Assembly (NCBI GenBank): GCA_016932415.1
Contig: JAFGCX010000001.1
Location: forward strand, 17,934-81,933
DNA: 64,000 nt
Source: Candidatus Krumholzibacteriota bacterium
GTDB taxonomy: Bacteria; Krumholzibacteriota; Krumholzibacteriia; Krumholzibacteriales; Krumholzibacteriaceae
Reading direction: 5' to 3'
Shown here one piece after another: positions 1 through 9,960 of the stretch (positions are counted from its first letter, which is position 1; each line of letters begins with the position of its first letter). The notes beneath the pieces were generated by a model. It made no database searches, was not told where the DNA came from, and saw only the letters and a list, made by a program, of their open reading frames with translations. A program made the translations under genes and the position numbers.

Positions 1-214
1 GGCCGATCAGAAGCTGGGCTTCCCTGATCCATGCTCCTATCGCCCAGACCACCATCCCGAAAATAAAAGTCACCAGTATGACCGCGTTAAGCTCCACATC
101 GACGAATGTCCTTGTAAAGAGGTGATAAGTCAATTTAGTGCCGGCGTTCTTTGTTCCCACCCATATCAGAGCTACCGCGCCTGCCAGGAGTATTAGCCCC
201 CTTACTATCCACAC
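1..214 (-). CDS. lapA: LapA family (DUF1049) membrane protein, 3' end runs off the window
   Basis: Hand translation from GTG at 214 (SD AGGAGG upstream): MWIVRGLILLAGAVALIWVGTKNAGTKLTYHLFTRTFVDVELNAVILVTFIFGMVVWAIGAWIRE. Two TM segments with an Asn after TM1 and a 'F..G' motif, as in LapA. Not in the ORF track. Confidence 0.65.
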   Translation of the reverse strand, partial: MWIVRGLILLAGAVALIWVGTKNAGTKLTYHLFTRTFVDVELNAVILVTFIFGMVVWAIGAWIREAQLLIG

Positions 215-219
215 TTTCG

Positions 220-1527
220 CTACCTCCTTTTGTCCTCTTCACAATAAAGCGTAAAATTCCGTAATTCTTTCATTATAACCCGGACCAGATCACCGTTTTT
301 AATATCTCCGTTTTGAAGAAGGACATTCCTGAAATGTGGCGTCCTTCCTTTGACGAAGTGATTTTCCCCTTTTTCAACTGTACCGTCAAGAAGGATTTCA
401 TCACAAGCGCCTTCAAGCTTTTTCAGTATTTCCCGCCTGATCCCACCTATTTTCCTGTTCAGGATGTCCAGGCGCTCTTCCTTGACCTCGATAGCCACGT
501 CGTCATCAATACGATAAGCATTGGTCCCTTCTCTCGGGGAGTACTTGAAAGTAAAAGCCGAATCGAATCTTGCTTTCTCCACGATATCGAGTGTTTCCTT
601 GAAATCGTCATCAGTCTCCGTCGGAAATCCGACGATAATGTCGGTCGTTATGGCAAGATCGGGTTTTATGTTTCGGGCATTACTGATAATATTGATATAA
701 TGCGACCTCGAATAACCCCTGTTCATCATCCCCAATATCCTGTCGCTGCCCGATTGAAAAGGGAGATGGATATGTGGACACAATCTTTTGTTGGTTGCCA
801 TCAATTCAAATATTTTCATTTCGATATCACGCGGGTGGGTAGTCAGGAACCTTATTCTATCTATATCAGTCCCTGAAATTACCCGCTCTATCAGGTCGGT
901 GAACGCTACCCCGTCCGAGTTATACGCCATCACATTCTGGCCGAGTAGAGTAACTTCCCTTGCGCCTCGGGAATGGAGCATATTTATCTCATCGATTATC
1001 TGTTCGAACCCCTTACTTCTGACTTTTCCCCTTAGATAAGGGACTATGCAATAGGAACAGAAATTCTCACAACCCCTCGTAATAGAGAGGAATCTCGACA
1101 CTCTCCTGTTTTCAACTTTTGGAAAGAGCGGATAGGTCACCGATCCGTCCATATCTGTCAGAGAACGCCTCTCTCCCGACTCAAGGAGGTCTTTCACTGT
1201 CCCCGGCAGTGTCGCGTAATTATCCGGACCCGAAACGAGCGAGAGACCCTGAACAGCTTCGAGCAGGCTATCTCCCATCCTTTGTGCCATACATCCGCAT
1301 GCGACGATGAGCGCTTGTTTGTGCCTTGAAAGATCGTTCAGGCGACCCAGCGCTCTTGTCTCCGCGTTTTCCCTGACACTGCAAGTATTGACAATTATTA
1401 CGTCTGAGTCGGCAGGCGAATCGTTGCTCGAAAAGCCGGCCTCGAGCATCATCCCCTCGATCACCTCGGTGTCGAAAGCATTCATCTGGCAGCCGAAACT
1501 TTCATAATACACGCTGTACTCTTTCAT
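220..1527 (-). CDS. miaB: tRNA-2-methylthio-N6-dimethylallyladenosine synthase MiaB
   Basis: UPF0004 GCQMN..D, NTCSVRENAE, radical-SAM CxxxCxxC (CENFCSYC), TTHPRD, FKYSPREGT, C-terminal TRAM domain. Confidence 0.93.
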   Translation of the reverse strand: MKEYSVYYESFGCQMNAFDTEVIEGMMLEAGFSSNDSPADSDVIIVNTCSVRENAETRALGRLNDLSRHKQALIVACGCMAQRMGDSLLEAVQGLSLVSGPDNYATLPGTVKDLLESGERRSLTDMDGSVTYPLFPKVENRRVSRFLSITRGCENFCSYCIVPYLRGKVRSKGFEQIIDEINMLHSRGAREVTLLGQNVMAYNSDGVAFTDLIERVISGTDIDRIRFLTTHPRDIEMKIFELMATNKRLCPHIHLPFQSGSDRILGMMNRGYSRSHYINIISNARNIKPDLAITTDIIVGFPTETDDDFKETLDIVEKARFDSAFTFKYSPREGTNAYRIDDDVAIEVKEERLDILNRKIGGIRREILKKLEGACDEILLDGTVEKGENHFVKGRTPHFRNVLLQNGDIKNGDLVRVIMKELRNFTLYCEEDKRR

Positions 1528-1567
1528 ATTGTATTCTTTCCCGGAAGCTGTTGCGCCAATGTTATCT

Positions 1568-2866
1568 TCAACACAGCTTCCCGTAAAGCCTTCCTTTTGA
1601 ATACCGTGATATTTCTATCTCCACAAGTTTTCCAGCCATTTCTGCCGGGGCTTCGACGGCGACTTCACAGTAATTCCCGGTCAATGCGTTATATATCCCG
1701 GCATCTTCACTTTCCGGCCCCTGGATTAGAGCAAGATCCTGTCTTCCGACCATTTTTCGCATGAAATCCAATCTTTTTCTTCTGCCGAGTTCTATCAACT
1801 TCTGGCATCTGGATCTTATCACGCGTGGATCGAGATGTCCTTCCATCGATGCCGCAGGGGTGCCTGGTCTTTTAGAATATGAAAATACATGAAAATAATC
1901 GACTTTCAGATCCGCCAGGTACGCATAGGTGTTTTCGAACTCCCTATCCGTCTCGCCCGGGAACCCGGTGATTATATCTGTACCTATGATCAGGCCGGAG
2001 GATCTGTCTTTGAGATCATCTGTAAGTATTCTGAATTGTTCTGTCGAATAGGGGCGGTTCATACTTCTTAGTATTTTGTCATCTCCGCTCTGGAGCGGGA
2101 TGTGAAGGTGAGAAGCTACGCGCGGTGAATCGATTACAAGGGACGAGAGCTTTCTGCTGACTTCTACAGGTTCGATACTGCTTAGCCTTATCCTGATCCC
2201 GTCAATCGCGGAAATTATCTCTTCGATCAATCCGGCAAGATCGATACCGGAACCTGGATCCATCCCGTAGCGCCCGATATGTATACCTGTAAGAACGATT
2301 TCCATGTACGAATTGCCGGCCAGACGCCGGATTTTTCTTATCACGTCAGCTGGCGGGATGCTTCTGCTTCTGCCCCTCGCTTCTGGAATTATGCAGTAAC
2401 TGCATTTCGAATCGCACCCATCCTGTACCTTCATAAAAGCTCTTGAGTGATTTGAAAAACTGTCAATATCGATATCGAAGCTTGATACGCATTCATTTTG
2501 CCTGTCGAGATCATTTCCATTCTTGATGTATTTTTCAAGAAATTCTGCAATACGCCCTTTCTCCTCGTTATTAAAAACGAAATCCACTTCTTTCATCGAT
2601 TCAAGTTTTTGAAATTGCGTCTGAGCAAGACATCCGGTCGCTATGATGACGGCATCAGGTGAATTCTTTCGGGCTCTTCTGATCGCGTTTCTGCACCTCG
2701 CGTCTGTTTTTGACGTCACCGTACATGTATTGATCACATAAAAATCAGCCGGCATATCGAAATCCCTTCGTTCCCATCCCCTTCCAGTGAGGTCATGGCG
2801 GATGCACTCGGATTCGTACTGGTTAAGTTTACATCCGAGAGTTGTGATTGCGAAATTTCTCTTCAT
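1568..2866 (-). CDS. mtaB: tRNA t6A methylthiotransferase MtaB
   Basis: TLGCKLNQYES, NTCTVT, KVQDGCDSKCSYC, LTGIHIG, RLSSIEP, HVFSYSKRPGT. Start moved to ATG 2866 because the ORF extension runs into the rpsA terminator. Confidence 0.9.
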   Translation of the reverse strand: MKRNFAITTLGCKLNQYESECIRHDLTGRGWERRDFDMPADFYVINTCTVTSKTDARCRNAIRRARKNSPDAVIIATGCLAQTQFQKLESMKEVDFVFNNEEKGRIAEFLEKYIKNGNDLDRQNECVSSFDIDIDSFSNHSRAFMKVQDGCDSKCSYCIIPEARGRSRSIPPADVIRKIRRLAGNSYMEIVLTGIHIGRYGMDPGSGIDLAGLIEEIISAIDGIRIRLSSIEPVEVSRKLSSLVIDSPRVASHLHIPLQSGDDKILRSMNRPYSTEQFRILTDDLKDRSSGLIIGTDIITGFPGETDREFENTYAYLADLKVDYFHVFSYSKRPGTPAASMEGHLDPRVIRSRCQKLIELGRRKRLDFMRKMVGRQDLALIQGPESEDAGIYNALTGNYCEVAVEAPAEMAGKLVEIEISRYSKGRLYGKLC

Positions 2867-2903
2867 GCCCCGATCATCTCCGGAATATGCCGGTTTATTG
2901 AAC

Positions 2904-2940
2904 CTGAAAAAGAAATGAGGGCGGTCAGCCGCCCTCATTC
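2904..2940 (-). terminator. Rho-independent terminator of rpsA
   Basis: 11-bp stem AATGAGGGCGG/CCGCCCTCATT with a 4-nt loop, followed on the minus strand by TCTTTTTC. Confidence 0.85.
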
Positions 2941-2972
2941 CACTGCTTTACTGTCAGAATACCGCCTGCAGG

Positions 2973-5048
2973 TTATTCTGAGGCGTCTTTCTTTTCTGGA
3001 TCATCATCATCCGATGGCGATCCTTCCGCATTTTCAACGACAGGATCGATATTCTCGACGTTTTCATCGGATACTTTTTTCTCGGTATCTTTGACAACGT
3101 TCTCATCCTCGGAGGCAGATCCGCTTTCGGTCTCCCCGGAGTCTCCATCGTCCTGCTTCGTTTCTATTACCTCATCGATGATGTCATCGTCTGTATAATC
3201 CTCATAGGGTTCATCCATGTCATCATCCGAGTCACTCCGCGAAGACTCATCCGTGTCGACAGGCACATTTTCTCTTCTCGGGAACTTCGCTTTGAACTCC
3301 TCGATTTCCTCGTTTGAACGGCCTTCGAGATAAGCATTGACGCTCAAGACGATTCTCTTGTTCTGAGGATCCATCTTGATGACTTTCAGAGGAAGTTCCA
3401 TTCCTACATCAAAGTATTCCGAGGGTTTTTTCACTCCCTCGATACCGAGATGCGACAGGGGAACGAACCCCTCGACATCCATTCTCAACTCAACGACGGC
3501 TCCACGGTCGAGAATGCGCGAGACATTTCCACTTGTCTCGGTTCCGATGGTGAATTCGGCAGCGAGATCGGTCCATGGATTCTCCCTGGTCTGTTTCATT
3601 CCCAGGCTTATCCGTCTTTTTCCGCTATCGATCTCAAGGACGACGACTTCGACCTCATCCCCTTTTCTCACCATCTCTGAAGGATGCCTTATCCTCTTTG
3701 CCCAGGACATATCGGATATATGCACAAGCCCGTCTATTCCATCCTCGATCTCGACAAACGCGCCAAAATTCGTGAGATTTCGGACTTTGCCCTTCAATCT
3801 CGTGCCTGACGGGTATTTTGTCTCAAGCGCTTTCCATGGATCAGGCTCAAGCTGTTTAAGGCCAAGCGATATCTTTTCATGTTCCTTGTCTATATTCAGG
3901 ATCACCGCTTCTACGGCATCTCCTATGGCGACTATCTTTGAAGGATGTTTGACATGCCTCGTCCAGGACATCTCGGAGATATGTATGAGCCCTTCGATTC
4001 CCTTTTCAAGTTCGACGAAAGCACCGTAATCGGTTATCGAGACAACCTTGCCTCTTATCTTCTTCCCGGCAGGATACCTTTCCTCTACGCCCTCCCACGG
4101 GTACGGAGTCAATTGCTTCAATCCAAGAGAGATCCTCTCGCGTTCAGGATCGAAATCGAGGATCTTGACTTTCAGTTTGTCGCCGATAGCAACTGCTTCG
4201 GATGGATGGCTTACCCGGCCCCATGTGAGATCTGTAAGGTGCAGAAGTCCGTCTATCCCTCCAAGATCGACAAAAGCGCCGAAATCGGTGATATTCTTGA
4301 CAACACCTTCACGCTCTTCTCCGACCTGGATCTCGGAAAGAATAGTCTTCTTCTTCTCTTCTCTTTCCGCCTCAAGAACGACGCGTCTCGAAACGACGAT
4401 ATTGCGTCTTCTCTTGTTCAACTTGATGATCTTGCAATCAAGTTCCTGTCCGAGCAGTTCATCAAGATTTGGAACCTGCCTCAAAGCTATCTGGGAACCT
4501 GGCAGGAACGCGTCGACGCCCATAAGCTTGACGACAAGCCCACCCTTGATCCTTCTGTCCACGTTCGCCTTGACCACGTTGCTCGTATCGTATGCTTCCT
4601 TGATCTCATCCCATGCTTTCAGGAAATCGGCTTTCATCTTTGAAAGTACGATAAGTCCGTCCTGGTTCTCCATTTTTTCCAGGAAAACATCAAAGACGTC
4701 GCCTTTCTTCACTTCTTTGCAATTGGCGAACTCATTGATCGGGATTGTTCCTTCGCTTTTGAATCCGACATCGAGAATAATCTCTTTTTCGCTGACTGAA
4801 TAGACAGTCCCGCGGACTACTCTCCCCTCTTTAAGGTTCTCGGATTCAGAACCGAAAGCGTTGACCATGTCCGACCATTCCTGGTCTTCTTCGATGACAG
4901 TATCGACTGATTCGTCTGATACCTTGTCAAACATGCTGAGGTAGGAATACTTTCTGGCAGATTTTTCAGTACCGACTGATACCTCTTTCTCTTCTGTCCC
5001 GGATATACCGGGGTCCTGCAAGGATTCCTCGAATTTTTCTTCGTGCAT
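2973..5048 (-). CDS. rpsA: 30S ribosomal protein S1 with acidic N- and C-terminal extensions
   Basis: Six S1/OB repeats (DVGFKSEG, AFLPGSQI, NITDFGAFVDLGGIDGLLH, YGAFVELEKGIEGLIHISEMSW). Start is ATG 5048 or TTG 5069. Confidence 0.95.
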   Translation of the reverse strand: MHEEKFEESLQDPGISGTEEKEVSVGTEKSARKYSYLSMFDKVSDESVDTVIEEDQEWSDMVNAFGSESENLKEGRVVRGTVYSVSEKEIILDVGFKSEGTIPINEFANCKEVKKGDVFDVFLEKMENQDGLIVLSKMKADFLKAWDEIKEAYDTSNVVKANVDRRIKGGLVVKLMGVDAFLPGSQIALRQVPNLDELLGQELDCKIIKLNKRRRNIVVSRRVVLEAEREEKKKTILSEIQVGEEREGVVKNITDFGAFVDLGGIDGLLHLTDLTWGRVSHPSEAVAIGDKLKVKILDFDPERERISLGLKQLTPYPWEGVEERYPAGKKIRGKVVSITDYGAFVELEKGIEGLIHISEMSWTRHVKHPSKIVAIGDAVEAVILNIDKEHEKISLGLKQLEPDPWKALETKYPSGTRLKGKVRNLTNFGAFVEIEDGIDGLVHISDMSWAKRIRHPSEMVRKGDEVEVVVLEIDSGKRRISLGMKQTRENPWTDLAAEFTIGTETSGNVSRILDRGAVVELRMDVEGFVPLSHLGIEGVKKPSEYFDVGMELPLKVIKMDPQNKRIVLSVNAYLEGRSNEEIEEFKAKFPRRENVPVDTDESSRSDSDDDMDEPYEDYTDDDIIDEVIETKQDDGDSGETESGSASEDENVVKDTEKKVSDENVENIDPVVENAEGSPSDDDDPEKKDASE

Positions 5049-5090
5049 TAATAAATCGCCCCTTTCCAAATGGATTTTTTAACAGCTAGA

Positions 5091-5119
5091 ATGATATTAA
5101 GTCCGGAGCTCTTATGCAA
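5091..5119 (-). promoter_or_regulatory. sigma-70-type promoter of rpsA
   Basis: TTGCAT-N17-TATCAT on the minus strand. Confidence 0.55.
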
Positions 5120-5152
5120 GGGTTTTATTGCTATTATTGCAGGTCTTTAGGT

Positions 5153-5998
5153 CTACTGGATCTCTGATAATCTGGTAAGGACTTCCTCGATTACCCAGCC
5201 CGGTGTCGACGTCCCGGTCGTCAGTCCGACCTCGTCACAACCTTCAAACCATGAATCTTCGATTTCGCTGGCTGTTTCGATAAATCTGGCCGGGATGTCC
5301 ATGTCAAGGCACATCTGGTAAAGTCTTCTGGTATTTGAGCTTTCCTTTCCACCCACGACAAGGATCATGTCGACTTCCTCAGCCAGGCTGAGTGTCGCCT
5401 GACGCCTCATCGTCGTAGCTTCGCAGATAGTATCGTGGACCTGGAGATCGCCTATCCTTTTTTCAAGTTCTTCTATGATCATCCTCGACTTTTCTCTCGG
5501 AAAAGTCGTCTGGATCACTACCCCGGCTTTGTCGATCCCTTCGATGATTCTGGCAGATTCTATGGAATCCAGGATCAGAGCTTTTTCCCTCGCCCTCCCC
5601 GCTATTCCTTTGACTTCCGGGTGTCTTGCGTCTCCAAGGATTATGATCTCCCGTGAATCGGCGGACATCTCTTCGACGTAGTCATGGATCCTTTTTACAA
5701 AGGGACAGGTCGTATCGATGAGTTCTATTCCCATCCTTTCGCATTTTTCGATCATTTCCGGGTCTACGCCATGCGCCCTGATAATAAGCGTATCTCCACA
5801 CTTCATCTCTTCAATGGAGGAAACGGGGATCACTCCCCGGGATTGAAGCCTCTCCACTGCCTGGGGATTATGGATCACGGCGCCGGTCGAATAAAGCCTG
5901 CAACTTTCCAGCCTCTCCTCGATCAGCCTCATAGCGCGCTTTACGCCAAAACAGTAACCGGTGTGTGGAGAAGTGATTATTTTAATTTTCCGAGTCAT
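5153..5998 (-). CDS. ispH: 4-hydroxy-3-methylbut-2-enyl diphosphate reductase
   Basis: GYCFGVKRA, IHN, IRAHG, DTTCPFV, HPEVKG, TICEAT, SSN motifs. Confidence 0.95.
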   Translation of the reverse strand: MTRKIKIITSPHTGYCFGVKRAMRLIEERLESCRLYSTGAVIHNPQAVERLQSRGVIPVSSIEEMKCGDTLIIRAHGVDPEMIEKCERMGIELIDTTCPFVKRIHDYVEEMSADSREIIILGDARHPEVKGIAGRAREKALILDSIESARIIEGIDKAGVVIQTTFPREKSRMIIEELEKRIGDLQVHDTICEATTMRRQATLSLAEEVDMILVVGGKESSNTRRLYQMCLDMDIPARFIETASEIEDSWFEGCDEVGLTTGTSTPGWVIEEVLTRLSEIQ

Positions 5999-7346
5999 TT
6001 TTCATCATGACCATTTCTTCCATGGTCATCTGCGCGAGCATATTGTAATCCTCTTTTTTATCATCAGAATGATAATCCGGATCTATCCTGACAGGTCTGC
6101 CTATGCGGACTTCCATCTTTTTTTTCCTCAGAAAACACGCCTTCAGATCATCAGCGCCGGATATAAATAATGGCACTATCGGCCTTCCCGTCTGGAGGGC
6201 GTAATACCCTATCCCTGATTTCAATTTCCTGATTTTGCCGTTCCTCGACCTTGTTCCTTCCGGGAACAGAAGGACAGAATCTCCCGCCATGAGTTTTTCG
6301 GTGATCGTCTTCACCGAAACCCTGTCCGCTTCACCCCTTTTGACGGGAATAGCGTTGAATTTTCTTATCAGCCAGCCGAAAAGAAAATTCTTGAACAGTT
6401 CTTTTTTGGCGAGAAACCATATTTTCCTTTTAAGGGAGGACCCTATGATCGGTGGGTCTGAATACGAGATGTGATTTGAGGCAAAAATATAATTTTCCCT
6501 GTAAGATATGTTTTCTAAACCATATCTTCTGAGGCCGAAGACGACACGGTAGAATAAATGGATTGCTGTCGAGACGATGGTCCAGTACACAGGCTTTTTT
6601 GACTGTTCATTCTTTTCTCCCGGCCATACTCGCAGATCCGCCAGCTCTTCAGCTTTTTTGATCACGATATCACTGATCAACCCGACCTGGTCTTCGATAG
6701 ATATGCCAGACGTGTCCACCAGGACTGATCCGGGCGGTTTTCTAAGCGGGCTGTGCTGGCGGGTGGAATCTATCTGATCCCGTTGTTCAAGGTTATTCTT
6801 TATCGATCCGACCTCACCATCAAGCCCCATCTCCTTTAGTTGCGACACTCTGCGCTTACTCCTCGATTCTATATCGGCAACAAGATATATCTTTACGTCG
6901 GCGAACGGGAAAACTGTCGTTCCTGTGTCTCTCCCTTCGGCTACAACGCCTCCTTCTTCCGATATCGACCGCTGGATCCTGACAAGCGCTTCTCTTACTC
7001 CCCGATGCCTGCTTACAGGCGATACCGCAGAAGATACCCTCTGCGATCTGATCCTCTCACCAAGCTTTTCTCCGCCGAGGAAGAAGGACGGGACTCCCTC
7101 CACATATTTCATCTCAAGGTCGAGTTCCCTGGTCCTTGCCGTCACCATCTCCTCGTCTTCGGGATCTATTTTATTTTCCAGTATATCCCATGTCACCGCC
7201 CTGTACATAGCTCCCGTATCCAGGTATGTCAGGCCGAGTTTTTCAGCGAGCATGGACGCTGTGGTGCTTTTCCCCGAACCGGCCGGTCCGTCAATTGTCA
7301 CTACCATCCTTGCCAGGATCAGTTTGGTTTTTTCATTCAGATCCAT
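5982..7346 (-). CDS. cmk: Cytidylate kinase fused to 1-acyl-sn-glycerol-3-phosphate acyltransferase (Cmk-PlsC)
   Basis: N-half: IDGPAGSGKST, LDTGAMYRA, EGRDTGT. C-half: NHISYSD (HX4D), AKKEL, FPEGTRS. Confidence 0.9.
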   Translation of the reverse strand: MDLNEKTKLILARMVVTIDGPAGSGKSTTASMLAEKLGLTYLDTGAMYRAVTWDILENKIDPEDEEMVTARTRELDLEMKYVEGVPSFFLGGEKLGERIRSQRVSSAVSPVSRHRGVREALVRIQRSISEEGGVVAEGRDTGTTVFPFADVKIYLVADIESRSKRRVSQLKEMGLDGEVGSIKNNLEQRDQIDSTRQHSPLRKPPGSVLVDTSGISIEDQVGLISDIVIKKAEELADLRVWPGEKNEQSKKPVYWTIVSTAIHLFYRVVFGLRRYGLENISYRENYIFASNHISYSDPPIIGSSLKRKIWFLAKKELFKNFLFGWLIRKFNAIPVKRGEADRVSVKTITEKLMAGDSVLLFPEGTRSRNGKIRKLKSGIGYYALQTGRPIVPLFISGADDLKACFLRKKKMEVRIGRPVRIDPDYHSDDKKEDYNMLAQMTMEEMVMMKNDSEN

Positions 7347-7373
7347 AATATCCCTGGTTATTCTCTAGCCCGG

Positions 7374-8471
7374 TCACAATACCTTTTTCAGGGTATCAAG
7401 GAATCTTCTGTTTTCTTCAGGTTTTCCCACGGTGACGCGGAAAGATTCATCTCCCAGGCCGAATGGAGCCATTCCCCTGATGATCACGCCAAGATCCATC
7501 ATCTTTTCGACGATACCGCTGCACTCGAGTTCAGGAACGGCAAGAAGAAAATTCGTCTGAGACTCAGGAACGGTAAATCCCATACCGATCAATTCATTTC
7601 TGACAAATTCCCGTTCTGAAGCGTTTTCTTTGATCCTGCCGCTGAGTTTGTCGATATGTTTCAGGGCTGTCCTTGCCGCGATCTGCGCGATCCGGTTTAC
7701 GTTGAACGGCTGCCTTACCATGTGAAGACAGGTAGCCAGGTCGGGATGGGATATCGAATATCCTATCCTGAGGCCGGAAAGGGAATGGACTTTTGAGAAC
7801 GTCCTCAGGATGATTATGTTATCATAAGATTCAAGCAGTTTCTGAGAGTCGGGATAGTCATCGGCAGTCACATATTCGTAGTACGCTTCATCCAGGACGA
7901 TTATTATCTCCCTGGGTATCGAAGCCAGGAAGAGATCGAGTTCTTCACCGGTGACATATGTGGCGGTCGGGTTGTTCGGATTGCAAATGAAGACCATCTT
8001 TGTGTCGCGAGTAATCGCCTTGCTTACCGCTTCGAGATCTATCCGGTAATCATCGAGAGGGACTTTGATATCATTGACCCCCGCCTGTTGACAGATCAGC
8101 GGATAAGCTATAAAACTGGGAAATGGATAAACGATATCCTCACCCGGTCCTATAAAGGCTCTTACCAGCAGATCGAGTATCTCGTTCGATCCATTTCCGA
8201 CAAATATCTGCCCCGGATCAAGCCTGTAATACTCTGCCAGTTCATGACATAGGTAGTGGCTTCCAGAATTGGGGTATCTTCCGATCTGGTCCAGCTCCCT
8301 GATTATCGCCTCTTTGATCTCATCAAGCGCGGGATAAGGATTTTCATTCGAAGCGAGCTTTAATATCTCTCCCTTGATATTCTTTTCTCTTCTCAGTTCT
8401 TCGACCGGCTTTCCTGGCACATATGGTTTCACTTTTCTTAAATGCTGTTTCATCCGGTTTTTAATGTTCAT
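7374..8471 (-). CDS. hisC: Histidinol-phosphate aminotransferase
   Basis: KLASNENP, GNGSNE, NPNNPT, DEAYYEY, RTFSK..LSGLRIGY (PLP lysine). Confidence 0.92.
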   Translation of the reverse strand: MNIKNRMKQHLRKVKPYVPGKPVEELRREKNIKGEILKLASNENPYPALDEIKEAIIRELDQIGRYPNSGSHYLCHELAEYYRLDPGQIFVGNGSNEILDLLVRAFIGPGEDIVYPFPSFIAYPLICQQAGVNDIKVPLDDYRIDLEAVSKAITRDTKMVFICNPNNPTATYVTGEELDLFLASIPREIIIVLDEAYYEYVTADDYPDSQKLLESYDNIIILRTFSKVHSLSGLRIGYSISHPDLATCLHMVRQPFNVNRIAQIAARTALKHIDKLSGRIKENASEREFVRNELIGMGFTVPESQTNFLLAVPELECSGIVEKMMDLGVIIRGMAPFGLGDESFRVTVGKPEENRRFLDTLKKVL

Positions 8472-8485
8472 TTTCGAGTCTCCTT

Positions 8486-9220
8486 CTACAACCCGACAAG
8501 TTCCTTTAAGTGCTTTTCTTCACCCTCTGTCAACCGGCGTATCCCTCCCGGATCAAGATCATTAAAGACCAGATCTCCTATCGCCGATCTATGCAGTGAT
8601 ATGACCTTGTGCCCGAAGGCGGAAAACATCCTCCTGATCTGTCTCTTTCTCCCTTCCCTCAATACGATCTCGACAGTAGTCTTTTCTCCATCTCCTTCCA
8701 GAATCCTCACCTCGCACGGTTTTGTCGTAAAGTCGTCGATCTGGACCCCTGAAGCCATTTCCCTGACAGTTTTTTTCGATACATTTCCTTTTACCGTGAC
8801 AATATACGTCTTTTCGATCTTGTACCTGGGGTGGGTCAGGCGAAAAGCCAGATCACCGTAATCCGTCAGAAAAATGATCCCCGAACTGTTCAGGTCAAGC
8901 CTTCCAACGGGATACAATCTTTCATTATACCCTTTTTCCCTTGCCAGTTGCAGTACTGTTTTCCTGTTATGACTGTCGGTCACCGTGCTGAGGACACCCA
9001 CCGGCTTGTTCATGACAAGCACCAGGGACCCAGGCGCGTTAATGATCTCTTCCCCGTCCAAAGTTACGATATCACGCTCAGGGTCCACCCTCGCCGACAG
9101 ATCGCGGATCTCAAGTCCGTTCACAAAAACACTTCCCCGCTTTATCAGGTCCTCGACTTTCCTTCTGGAACCGAGGCCTGACGCGGCGAGAAAGCGGTTG
9201 ATTCTAATCCTGGCAACCAT
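8486..9220 (-). CDS. rluB: rRNA pseudouridine synthase (RluB/RsuA family)
   Basis: S4 domain plus GRLD catalytic motif and EGRKRQIRRM; adjacent to scpB. Confidence 0.85.
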   Translation of the reverse strand: MVARIRINRFLAASGLGSRRKVEDLIKRGSVFVNGLEIRDLSARVDPERDIVTLDGEEIINAPGSLVLVMNKPVGVLSTVTDSHNRKTVLQLAREKGYNERLYPVGRLDLNSSGIIFLTDYGDLAFRLTHPRYKIEKTYIVTVKGNVSKKTVREMASGVQIDDFTTKPCEVRILEGDGEKTTVEIVLREGRKRQIRRMFSAFGHKVISLHRSAIGDLVFNDLDPGGIRRLTEGEEKHLKELVGL

Positions 9221-9960
9221 TACCTGTCACTATCGATGCTGATCCCGCTATCCTCTTCCGGCTCTTCGCCAGGGGTAATCTCTGATTCTTCTTCCCGGTC
9301 ACACAGGTCATCCTTCTCATCGCTATCGGTATCACTTTCAGAGCGCTTTTCCGTTTCATTTTCGGATCGATCGTCCTGATCGACAGGTTTTGGAATCAGG
9401 TCGATATCTTCAAGGCTTTTTTCAAGCTCTTCGATGCTGGGCAGATCGCGATAATCCTTGAGCCCCAGATATTCGAGGAACTTTGTCGTGGTAGAATAGA
9501 GATAAGGCTTTCCTATTCCCTCCCCTCGACCGGTAATCACTATCAGTTCTCTGTCGATAAGGGTCGAGAGCACCCCATCGCAATTTACCCCGCGGATAGC
9601 TTCGACCTCCAGCCTGTTGATAGGCTGTTTATACGCTATGATCGCAAGAGTCTCCAGGGCAGCCTGAGACAGCCTTGCTTTCCTCCTGCTCTTGAAAAGA
9701 GAAGCGACAAGCCGCGCGTGTTCAGAACAGGTCGTGATCTGATATCCTCCGGCGATCTCCACGATGCCGAAACTTCTTTCATTCGTTCTGTAAAACTCTT
9801 CCAGTACCCTGATAGCGTCTTTTATCGTTTTTACCGAGGAAACACCCGTAAGGGATGCTATCCGGGCCGCTGACAGTGGTCCGTCAGACGCGAAAAGAAG
9901 CGCTTCTACCTCGCTCTCGGTCTTCTTCACGTCAGGTTCGGATTCATGCTGGTATTCCAT
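9220..9960 (-). CDS. scpB: SMC-Scp complex subunit ScpB
   Basis: EALLFAS, LSQAALETLAIIAYKQP, IRGV, FLEYLGL..LP; acidic tail. Confidence 0.93.
   Translation of the reverse strand: MEYQHESEPDVKKTESEVEALLFASDGPLSAARIASLTGVSSVKTIKDAIRVLEEFYRTNERSFGIVEIAGGYQITTCSEHARLVASLFKSRRKARLSQAALETLAIIAYKQPINRLEVEAIRGVNCDGVLSTLIDRELIVITGRGEGIGKPYLYSTTTKFLEYLGLKDYRDLPSIEELEKSLEDIDLIPKPVDQDDRSENETEKRSESDTDSDEKDDLCDREEESEITPGEEPEEDSGISIDSDR

Noticed and set aside
3376..4803. Long plus-strand ORFs (217-251 aa) opposite rpsA; similar ones at 12151-13209, 14679-15569, 15905-16828, 42511-43323 and 52331-53122
   Set aside because: Antisense shadows of well-supported genes, with no recognisable motifs or SD and composition typical of reverse-frame translation.
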